Shown one piece after another: positions 32,619-42,925 of a stretch of DNA of 51,340 bases (position 1 is the stretch's first letter; each line of letters starts with the position of its first letter). The translations under genes were made by a program, and so were the position numbers. The stretch comes from Guillardia theta CCMP2712. Lineage: Eukaryota; Protista; Cryptophyta. Location: contig NW_005434524.1 of assembly GCF_000315625.1 (NCBI RefSeq), positions 47,408 through 98,747 of the forward strand. The letters run 5' to 3'. The notes beneath the pieces are model-generated. The model was not told the origin of the DNA and did not search any database. It was given only the letters and a program-made list of their open reading frames with translations.

Positions 32619-33626
32619 TGTAACAGTCAATCATTGAATTGACAGATTCAAGTCGGACGAGTCCCAGCGGCCTCGAGGCTCCTGAGCTTGAACGGCCGAA
32701 GTTGGGTCCGTTCCAGTGACGCAACTGACTCACCATTTGAAGGCTTCGGACTCACTTTCAGAGTCATGCGGCGGTTGGCGTTCTGGTTGATGGAACGTAT
32801 CATAGCATGATGCCAGCGAGCCGTGCCAGTCAGATAGCGACGACTTACGTGTTTGCGAGGCGGCGATGTAGCGTGTGGGACGAAGAGGGGGCTTTCCTAG
32901 CCGTCTTACTAAGGTCCCCTCATGTCTGGATGCTTGGGTTTCACATCCTAGCATACAGTACGGTCTATCTCTCATGTGCTCCTCAATTCTCAGTCTGGTT
33001 TGAAAGTTTTGTGTGCATTAAACTCGGTCCGAAGTTGAGCAAAAACTGTCTTGTTACAACTAAGGTCGATGTGATATCTGCGTGACTTTGGACTAGTACA
33101 AGTCTAACAAACCGCCGAGGCTTTGATGCTGTAAAAGTCCGATATGCCGGGGATTTTTAATGCTCCGGCGTACTAGGGCCATTTGGCATCACTGAATCAT
33201 TCCGTACAAGTTACCGGCGTACCAACCAGGTTGTTAGTTTTACTCTACGCTCAATTATCTTGTGCCGGGTAATGCACGACACGGGGATCACAGTTACGTG
33301 TGCACTCTCAGTCGTGTTATCTCAAAGTATGTGGATACTCCTTTACTGTAAAGTAGGCACTCCGACTACAAAGAGTTAGATTGGATTTACTAACTTGCTA
33401 AGGTTAGTTAGTAAATCAAATATAACTCCTGTTAGTGTGTCGGAGTTTTTCACAACTCAGTGATTACAAGTTGCAGTGTAGCTATTGGTTGAGAATGGAT
33501 CACATACGCAACTCCCCAACTTCCGTCAGTCTGCTCAATACTAGTAGCAGCATCAGCCTTACAGTATCTCCTTAGTGAAGCCCGGCGCTGTGCTCTAGAG
33601 CCTGCACGGCGTCGGTCCCGGTTACA
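32619..33626. mobile_element. Putative solo LTR (~1,008 bp), TGTAAC...GTTACA termini, immediately upstream of tRNA-Gln
   Basis: Terminal inverted TGTAACAG / CGGTTACA (7/8 match); flanks TTTA / TTTC (imperfect TSD); non-coding and hairpin-rich. No second copy in the window. Confidence 0.5.
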
Positions 33627-34077
33627 TTTCCTCCTGCTCGTGCTCAAGACCGTTAGGAGATCCGGCCAGCTGCCCTCCTTCCGCATTCCGTGCAGGTCTC
33701 TCCCTTCCCTCCTCCACCTGGTCCCAACGACCAGGTTTGCCTGCTAGATCTCTCCGTTGAATGACGTCCATCATCCAACATTCTGCAGGAACTGCTGTCC
33801 CCCCACTGACACCTCCTCCTCCTACACGATCCTCTCAATCTCCATGTACCAGCGGAAAACATCCCATGCAAGTGCCATTCATGATCGTCGCGCAGCACTC
33901 GTCCATGCTCCCCTCATGCGCCTCCCATCGCAAATCGACACCTCCGCCGTCTATGCCTGCCCAGCACTCGCTGCCATCCCTCTTCTCCCCTCCTCAGCTC
34001 CCTCCTGGCCCAGCGCTACCATGCCATCCCAACAGGCCTGTCATCCTGCTACCCAGCAGTCGCACGTCCGCACCTGA

Positions 34078-34321
34078 TCACAGCCGCTTCAAGCGCATGC
34101 NNNNNNNNNNNNNNNNNNNNNNNNNNNNNNNNNNNNNNNNNNNNNNNNNNNNNNNNNNNNNNNNNNNNNNNNNNNNNNNNNNNNNNNNNNNNNNNNNNNN
34201 CTTTCCTTCTTTGCTCCATGTCTGCATCCACATCTCCTCCCTCTCCTCCTTCCTCTCTCGTCTTGTCTGATCCTTCCAGCCTCCTCCTCTTGCTCGACCT
34301 CCTGCTGCCGTCTACCGTCAT
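34078..34321 (-). CDS. CEHGR zinc-finger-like repeat gene, copy A (repeat array hidden in an assembly gap)
   Basis: Same N-terminus MTVDGSRRSSKRRRLEG...MEQRRK as copies B/C, and the same 3' flank (33865-34080 matches 40582-40796); middle is an N-gap. Confidence 0.55.
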
Positions 34322-35266
34322 GGCTTTCCACCCGCACTCCCAGTCATCTCCCTCATACACCAGCACCACCGCAACAAATCCTGAACAATCCTACCACCCT
34401 ACGCATTCCTGCTCAAAGTCCTATAGAAAGTACCCGTCCTCATATGACACCGGTAAGACTCTGAGGACCCTCTTGAGTTCCGACCACTGGCTCCGAGACC
34501 CGGCTTTGAGTGAACCCGGCGGTGAAGCCTCGGAAGTGCGCGGCCCGGGCCCGGGCCCGGGGCATTCAGGCTGAGTTCTGTGACAGCGTCTTTACTCAAA
34601 GATAAGTTAAGGCCACTACTGTACTGGCCGGACCGTACCGGGTCTGATCCGACTGAGACTCAAACTGACAGTGGTCGGGCGCCCCTAGAGTCGGACGGCG
34701 CCCTGTCTCTATTTATTGGGGACTGAAGGGCCTTCCTTTCCTTCTTTGCTCCATGTCTGCATCCACATCTCCTCCCTCTCCTCCTTCCTCTCTCGTCTTG
34801 TCTGATCCCTCCAGCCTTCTCCTCTTGCTCGACCTCCTGCTGCCGTCTACCGTCATGGCTTTCCACCCGCACTCCCAGTCATCTCCCTCATACACCAGCA
34901 CCACCGCAACAAATCCTGAACAATCCTACCACCCTACGCATTCCTGCTCAAAGTCCTATAGAAAGTACCCGTCCTCATATGACACCGGTAAGACTCTGAG
35001 GACCCTCTTGAGTTCCGACCACTGGCTCCGAGACCCGGCTTTGAGTGAACCCGGCGGTGAAGCCTCGGAAGTGCGCGGCCCGGGCCCGGGCCCGGGGCAT
35101 TCAGGCTGAGTTCTGTGACAGCGTCTTTACTCAAAGATAAGTTAAGGCCACTACTGTACTGGCCGGACCGTACCGGGTCTGATCCGACTGAGACTCAAAC
35201 TGACAGTGGTCGGGCGCCACTAGACTCCGACGGCGCCCTGTCTCTATTTATTGGGGACTGAAGGGC
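34201..35266. repeat. 535-bp tandem duplication of the 5' end and upstream region of the CEHGR gene cassette
   Basis: ORFs 34218/34753 and 34399/34934 are identical at a 535-bp offset; junction at ~34730. Confidence 0.92.
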
Positions 35267-35722
35267 ACGGTTGCAGATTCTTCAGGATGCTTTCCTGATT
35301 AAGAATGTAGCACATGGATGTAGCCATTGATCACAGATCATGCGACACGTAGTAGCAGATCTGAGCAGACTCTTGAAGGACGTAGCCGGTGATTGATCAT
35401 TGATGACCGGCCGTGTCACTGGCCCGGGCTCAGCAAACTTACCGGACCAACTTGCAATCTATACAGGCGGTCTCGCTGTAAAGTTCACTGTGTCAGTGTC
35501 GATGATTCGTTGCCAAGTACCGCATCATTGTGAATCACAATCACATTAGAATTCTTTGCTGTCATTATCTCTTTGTAACATACTTGAAGATTTTGCACGA
35601 GCTCCTCGCCTGCTGTGCTTGCCGGCCGGCAGTGCCCCTCAGCGGCTGTTCCCTCCGGAGAGTGACGGATCACATGGATCTTATATAGAGCCCAGACTTG
35701 CCGAGCCTAAAAACTGAGAAAT

Positions 35723-38271
35723 TGTAACTGTTCTGGAACGGTACGGTTCTCCATTCCGACTATTCGATGGAATGACCAGAGGAAGCATCCTCGGGGCGGA
35801 CAATACCCCTGGTTATCTGTATATAAGCATGGGGTCTTGTCTTCCTCTCTCTCTGTCTCTTTCCCTCTCTTCTCCCTCTTTCTTTCTCCTCATTCTCTCT
35901 CTCTTCTCTTTTCCTTTCTCACTATCTCTTAATCTTTTTCTTTCTCCTATCCTTTCAGTCTCTGTTGTCTTCCTATCCTTGCTCTACTTATAAATACTCT
36001 TATCTCTGAAGTCAATTACCTATCTGCTCTAACTTCGCTACTGCATACAATCCATCGGTTATGATAGCCTCGTTCTCTACTACGCCAGGGCTGACTTCTT
36101 CCTCCAATACAGCCACACTCAGTCTTGGAATTCTTGTGCTTTGGTTCGCTTACTGCACTTTTCGACTCATCTGTTCAATCTACACAACATTGTCTGACTG
36201 GAAAGGCCGAATCTACAACAATGTATGCTTTCCATCACTACTGAACCTGTTCAACAGAAACAAACTGGCAGACCTGACAACCGACGCACAGGCTAATCTT
36301 CAATACGCCAGCACACCGCATGTGCATCGATATGTCACCAAATCCCCCAATGTTGCTCCTAACATTCTGTTTGCACATGATACCCCAACTACTTCTGGGG
36401 CAACCAAATATTCTTCTAAGGTTCTTCGACGAACAACACCAGTTTATCGTCCGAACCCAATGAGTGTGACAACTGTGAAATCTCCCACCAGTACCCCGGC
36501 ACAAGTTACGATTATTTCCTCGCCATCCGGCATAGAGTTTCCACCGCTTCCACGTAGCACTGACTATGACGCACTGGACACTTGGAAACAAGGGGTAGAG
36601 AGAATCTTCCGACGTCATACTTCCTCTGCCACCGAACTACAGGAAACTACGTTCGCAGTATTTTCCCCTACAAAATTTATCGTACCATCGTGCTAATAAT
36701 ACAACGACCCTAGCGTCTTCACGACTCGGATTGAAATCATGGCGAATTACTCAGAGGAACTCGATTGCCCTGAAAACTACTGTCAGCCCCCTGAAAGACA
36801 AGGAGCATCATCCTCTTTCAAGGCAGACGGCTACACCTCTCGCTCCAACCACTGGGACTGGGCAACTTCCAGCGGAGACTGTGATGAACCGTGCCCTGGC
36901 AGAACACTATGTCAGTCCACCCAGTTCTTCAGATGAAACCCCTGAGCAACCAGGAATTCAAATTGTGTTGGATACGGGAGCCTCCGATCATTTCTTCAAC
37001 TCTGACATTCTTAATTTCATCACTGAACTTAATTCTGAACCTCTGGAGTTGCAAGTGAATACCATTCTTGGCAGTACACAAAACCAGACTGTGCTCCCAA
37101 CTCGTAGACAGAGAGCTGACATATTCTCTGTCACAGCAAGGCTTCCTTTTCTGCCTGAGTCAGATCTATCAGGATTTTTCTCGCCAGACTTCATGGTGAA
37201 TCTACTTTCAGCCGCCCGACTAGTGGAAAGTGGTTACTTTGTTATTCTCTGTAAAAACCATTCGGTCGTGTGCTGTCCTATAGAAAGTACCGGATCAGAT
37301 GGCTCTATCCTGGTAATTCCTCTTCTCCGTTCTGGCAATACCTGGATCTTCAACTCTAGTCACCAGACAAGGTACTTAATTCGTACATCCTTACTGAACA
37401 AATTCTTGCTGTGGCTGTTGAATCCACATACCTCAGAAGTGCCAGACATCGCAGAGGCAGCCTATGTGGACTCAAATAAGAATAAGAATGTGACAGATCA
37501 ATTGTATCCTCCATTTGCACAGTTCTGCAGCAGCACGCCTACGCTCAACAGAGAATACAAGGAAACTGAAAGATCTGCGACCAGCTCAGCTCCTGAGGGA
37601 TTGCCTACTGCTTCCCCTGCCGTACCGATTGGCAACACTGACACAGCTAGTAACCATCACAGTACTGAACAATCTCTGTCTCAAAAGGCACAGTTTCTCC
37701 AGAAGTTACATCTTAAACTGGGACATGCGAACATGGTTGCCCTCAACAAACTACACTACAGCACGGCTGAAGTTCCGGAGGTACCGCGGAAGTATCTCTG
37801 CCTGGATGAAAAATGCCTGTGCTGCCTTAGAATGAAGAGCAAACAGATCCTGGCAAGTAAGCACAACGGTGAAATAACCAAATTGTGTGCGACACAGAGA
37901 AACTTTCAACCACTAGAGAAGTTACACGCTGATCTAGCAGGTCCACTGAACATTCGGACTCACAAAGGAGCAAGGCATTTTCTCGTAATCACTGACCAGG
38001 CGACACGCTTCCGATGGGTTCTACTAGTTCCCAAAAAGGATGATGTACCTGAACTCCTTCAAAGCTTCTTTCGAGACCTGCTTGCAGAATTTGGCACTAA
38101 CGTAAAAATACTGATCCTACAAACCGACTGTGGCAGCGAATTTAAGAATCAGAAACTCAACACCATTCTGCAAAATGCTGGAATCAGACCTGAATACTCT
38201 TGTCCTTACACTCCAAGTCAGAATGGTATTGCAGAGGAGCATTTCTCGGGACGAATCGCGGTTCGTTCATC
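35723..38271 (+). mobile_element. Degenerate Ty1/copia LTR retrotransposon (putative 5' LTR ~35723/35729-36054, PBS ~36057, disrupted gag, protease, GAG-pre-integrase, integrase core); truncated by a gap
   Basis: Protease IVLDTGASDH; HHCC region LHLKLGH...CLCC; integrase LEKLHADLAGP, ITDQATRFRW, ILQTDCGSEF, YSCPYTPSQNGIAE in copia order. TATA-like TATATAAG at ~35820; CA-TC-GGTTATGA PBS-like site. Gag interrupted by TAA TAA at 36694-36699. Confidence 0.88.
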
Positions 38272-38371
38272 NNNNNNNNNNNNNNNNNNNNNNNNNNNNN
38301 NNNNNNNNNNNNNNNNNNNNNNNNNNNNNNNNNNNNNNNNNNNNNNNNNNNNNNNNNNNNNNNNNNNNNNN

Positions 38372-39084
38372 CCGCATCCCTTGCATCCCGATCGGACCCG
38401 CCCGTGCTCGCATATGCTCCCTCCCCCGCATCCCTTGCATTCCGATCGCCGCCGCCCGTGCTCGCATATGCTGCTGCCCCTGCAGCCCTTGCATGCCGAT
38501 CGGACCCGCCCGTGCTCGCATATGCTCCCTCCCCCGCATCCCTTGCATTGCGATCGGACCCGCCCGTGCTCGCATATGCTCCCGCCCCCGCACTCCTTGC
38601 ATCCCGATCGGACCCGCCCGTGCTCGCATATGCTCCCGCCCCTGCAGCCCTTGCATACCGATCGCTGCCGCCCGTGCTCGCATATGCTGCTGCCCCCGCA
38701 GCCCTTGCATCCCGATCGGACCCGCCCGTGCTCGCATATGCTCCCTCCCCCGCAGCCCTTGCATCTCGATCGGACCCGCCCGTGCTCGCATATGCTCCCG
38801 CCTCCGCAGCCCTTGCATCCCGATCGGACCCGCCCGTGCTCGCATATGCTGCTGCCCCCGCAGTCCTTGCATACCGATCGCTGCCGCCCGTGCTCGCATA
38901 TGCTGCTGCCCCTGCACTCCTTGCATGCCGATCGCTGCCCCCCGTGCTCGCATACACCCCTTCCTTTCCTTCTTTGCTCCATGTCTGCATCCACATCTCC
39001 TCCCTCTCCTCCTTCCTCTCTCGTCTTGTCTGATCCCTCCAGCCTTCTCCTCTTGCTCGACCTCCTGCTGCCGTCTACCGTCAT
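38372..39084 (-). CDS. CEHGR zinc-finger-like tandem repeat protein, copy B (at least 11 repeats of 18 aa; 3' end in a gap)
   Basis: 54-bp repeats encoding CEHGRxRSxCKxCxGxSI; N-terminal basic NLS-like SKRRRLE. Confidence 0.8.
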
Positions 39085-39442
39085 GGCTTTCCACCCGCAC
39101 TCCCAGTCATCTCCCTCATACACCAGCACCACCGCAACAAATCCTGAACAATCCTACCACCCTACGCATTCCTGCTCAAAGTCCTATAGAAAGTACCCGT
39201 CCTCATATGACACCTGGTAAGACTCTGACTCTGTGAGGACACTCTTGAACTTAAATTTACCCGGCTTTTGAATTGAACTCGGCGGTGAAGCCTNNNNNNN
39301 NNNNNNNNNNNNNNNNNNNNNNNNNNNNNNNNNNNNNNNNNNNNNNNNNNNNNNNNNNNNNNNNNNNNNNNNNNNNNNNNNNNNNNNNNNNNNNNNNNNN
39401 NNNNNNNNNNNNNNNNNNNNNNNNNNNNNNNNNNNNNNNNNN

Positions 39443-39862
39443 ACTAGACTCCGACGGCGCCCTGTCTCTATTTATTGGGGACTGAAGGGCACGGTTGCAG
39501 ATTCTTCAGGATGCTTTCCTTGATTAAGAATGTAGCACATGGATGTAGCCATTGATCACAGATCATGCGACACGTAGCAGATCTGAGCCTGCAGAACGGA
39601 AAGGACGTAGCCGTTGATCCAACTGATGACCGCGTGTCACTGGCTCAGCAAACTTACCGGACCAATCTATACAGACGGCCTCGCTGTAAAGTTCACTGTG
39701 TCAGTGTCATTCGTTGGCTGGCAGATTACCATCGGTCATGCGCTCTCCTTTCACTATCATTAGCAATTATGATCCCCCCGCATCATCCTCACCTTCCACG
39801 AGCTCCTCGCCTGCTGTGCTTGCCGGCCGGCAGTGCCCCTCAGCGGCTGTTCCCTCCGGAGA
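39443..39862. repeat. Diverged copy of the cassette upstream region (matches ~35218-35663)
   Basis: Shared ctagactccgacggcgccctgtctctatttattggggactgaagggcacggttgcag...cagcggctgttccctccggagagt with indels. Confidence 0.88.
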
Positions 39863-40793
39863 GTCCCCTAGGAGAGTCCCCTATCTCCATCGGACACGAG
39901 CTCCCCCACCCCGCCGCCGACACGGCCAGTGACACGGGTACTCCGTGGCGCAAGTCGACTTGTCAACCGCCGTGACTGGAAATGGGAGGAGAATTGAAGG
40001 AGACAAGAATCAGGAGAGGGTGGGGGGGGGGGTGGGTGGGGTGAGACGAAGGACGGAGGGGAAGGATGGTGGGAAGGGGGGGGGGAGGGGGGGGGGGGGG
40101 GCTGGGGGGGGGGAAGGCAAGGGGGGGGGGGGGGTTGGGAGGGGGGGGGGTTTGGGGGGGGGTTTTTTTTTGTTAATTGGGGGGAGGGGGGGGGGGTTTG
40201 GGGGGGGGCTTGGGCGCGGCAGGGGATGGCAACAGCAGGGGGACTTTTTGGGGGGGGGGGGGGCGTGTTTCTGTATACTGGGGGAGAAGGTATTCTATCA
40301 AACCCAAGGATTAATAGATTGGATCTCTATCACGCAGCATATCCCCATCCTGACACGCTACTTCTGTGATAGTCNNNNNNNNNNNNNNNNNNNNNNNNNN
40401 NNNNNNNNNNNNNNNNNNNNNNNNNNNNNNNNNNNNNNNNNNNNNNNNNNNNNNNNNNNNNNNNNNNNNNNNNNAACAACCCGCGGAGGAGCTACGAGTG
40501 CAGGTAGGAGACGAGGAGGAGGGAGGGGAACGGGTACGAGGAGAAAGATGAACGAGGACGAGGAAGAGGAAAAGGACAGCAATGCAAGTGCCATTCATGA
40601 TCGTCGCGCAGCACTCGTCCATGCTCCCCTCATGCGCCTCCCATCGCAAATCGACACCTCCACCGTCTAAGCCTGCCCACCACTCGCTGCCATCCCTCTT
40701 CTCCCCTCCTCAGCTCCCTCCTGGCCCAGCGCTACCATGCCATCCCAACATGCCTTTCATCCTGCTACCCAGCAGCCTCACGTCCGCACCTGA

Positions 40794-41859
40794 TCAGCTC
40801 CTCCCCTGCTTGTACCTGCTGCTCCCTCCCCCGCATTCCTTGCATCCCGATCGGACCCGCCCGTGCTCGCATATGCTCCCGCCCCCGCATCCCTTGCATC
40901 CCGATCGCCGCCGCCCGTGCTCGCATATGCTCCCGCCCCCGCAGTCCTTGCATTGCGATCGGACCCGCCCGTGCTCGCATATGCTCCCGCCCCCGCATGC
41001 CTTGCATCTCGATCGCTCCCGCCCGTGCTCGCATATGCTCCCGCCCCCGCAGCCCTTGCATCCCGATCGGACCCGCCCGTGCTCGCATATGCTCCCGCCC
41101 CCGCAGCCCTTGCATCCCGATCGCCGCCGCCCGTGCTCGCATATGCTCCCTCCCCCGCAGCCCTTGCATTTCGATCGCTCCCGCCCGTGCTCGCATATGC
41201 TCCCTCCCCCGCACTCCTTGCATCCCGATCGGACCCGCCCGTGCTCGCATATGCTCCCTCCCCCGCATCCCTTGCATTCCGATCGCCGCCGCCCGTGCTC
41301 GCATATGCTGCTGCCCCCGCACTCCTTGCATCCCGATCGGACCCGCCCGTGCTCGCATATGCTGCTGCCCCTGCAGCCCTTGCATGCCGATCGCTGCCGC
41401 CCGTGCTCGCATATGCTGCTGCCCCCGCATCCCTGCATTTCGATCGCCGCCGCCGTGCTCGCATATGCTGCTGCCCCCGCATCCCTTGCATGCCGATCGG
41501 ACCCGCCCGTGCTCGCATATGCTGCTGCCCCCGCACTCCTTGCATGCCGATCGCCGCCGCCCGTGCTCGCATATGCTGCTGCCCCCGCAGCCCTTGCATC
41601 TCGATCGGACCCGCCCGTGCTCGCATATGCTGCTGCCCCCGCAGTGCTTGCATACCGATCGCTGCCGCCCGTGCTCGCATATGCTGCTGCCCCCGCATCC
41701 CTGCGATCGCCGCCGCCCATGCTCGCATACACCCCTTCCTTTCCTTCTTTGCTCCATGTCTGCATCCACATCTCCTCCCTCTCCTCCTTCCTCTCTCGTC
41801 TTGTCTGATCCTTCCAGCTTCCTCCTCTTGCTCGACCTCCTGCTGCCGTCTACCGTCAT
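40794..41859 (-). pseudogene. CEHGR zinc-finger-like repeat gene, copy C (~17 repeats), frameshifted in repeat 6 (pseudogene or read error)
   Basis: First 5 repeats in ORF 40765-42159, last 11 in ORF 40794-41771; repeat 6 (~41430-41456) lacks two single bases; repeat 1 has an in-frame 6-nt deletion. Confidence 0.75.
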
Positions 41860-42925
41860 GGCTTTCCACCCGCACTCCCAGTCATCTCCCTCATACACCA
41901 GCACCACCGCAACAAATCCTACCACCCTACCCCTGCTTAAAGTCCGACGGCCCCTGACAAAGTACCCGTCCTCACACCTGGCATACGGTAGCCTAGTACC
42001 GGTAAGCCAGGCTCGGCCCGGACTCCGGAGGAAACGGTCGAGTCTGAGTTCCGAGTTCCCAGGCTGGGCCCAGTGGCGACCACCTGGCTTTGAGCCCAGT
42101 GCACCCGGGCCACTGAGGCGCCGGTTACCCCGGCCCGGAAGCAGTCCATCATGCGGCATGCCATGATAAGTGGAGGAAGAAGAGCAGCGCCGGAGGGGGC
42201 CCGGCCGGAAGGCTCCGGAGACCGTCGGCCGGAGGAGGAGGATCAGAGGAGGAGGAGAACAGTTCTCCGAGTCTCACACCAGGCCGCGTAGTATCACAGG
42301 CCATACGGCGAGACTCAGAGAAAAGACAGGCCCTACTCAGTCGGAGCCTCGGAGGCTCACTCAGTGCGGCCGGCCCCGTGCCCGGCCTAACTAATGAGTA
42401 TGATTAGTTGACAAAAATGCAGGAAAGGGGAAGTGCCCAGAGGGGGGGAGAGGAGAGGAGAGGAGAGGAGAGGAGAGGAGAGGAGAGGAGAGGAGCGGGG
42501 AGGAGGAGAGGAGCGGGGAAGGGGAGGAGAGGATGAGGGGTGGAAAGGGGAACTCGGAAGGGAAAGAGCCAAGGAGGGGGAGAGAGGAAAGGAGGGGGAG
42601 GGGAGGTGATCAGATGAGCTGAGAGGAGGGGAGGAAAGGAGAGGATGGGAGGGGAGGAAGTGGATGCAAGGAGAAGGCAGAGCAGATACGGGACAGGAAA
42701 AGATCTTGAAGGAGGAAAACGAGACGAACAAGGGGAAGTGAAACCAACGAACAGATTGAGTGAGATGTTGAAAGAGAACGAGGGGCAAGGAAGATGAAGA
42801 ACATTGTCTGTGCTTGCAAAGCTTTCTTATCCGACGCACATCAGCAGAGTTCCTGACTGTGACCTGCCACCTGTAGCAATGAGCAGACTCTTATCCTCGA
42901 GTTCATAATCACTTGAACGTGAACC

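Noticed and set aside
32619-33626. Group I intron, RNase P/MRP, telomerase RNA or hammerhead ribozyme; pseudoknot at 33132-33172
   Set aside because: Conserved cores (P7 GACUA/UAGUC, CR-I/CR-V pair, telomeric template, CUGANGA/GAAA) not convincingly found; the pseudoknot pairing is equally explained by inverted copies of the TAYGCCGG DNA motif.
36731-39220. 829-aa integrase fused to PCSHMLPPP repeats
   Set aside because: Read-through across a 100-N gap into the antisense strand of the CEHGR gene; not a real fusion.
40010-40265. G-rich tract (G-quadruplex or Gly-rich ORF)
   Set aside because: Irregular G homopolymers close to an assembly gap look like low-quality read sequence.
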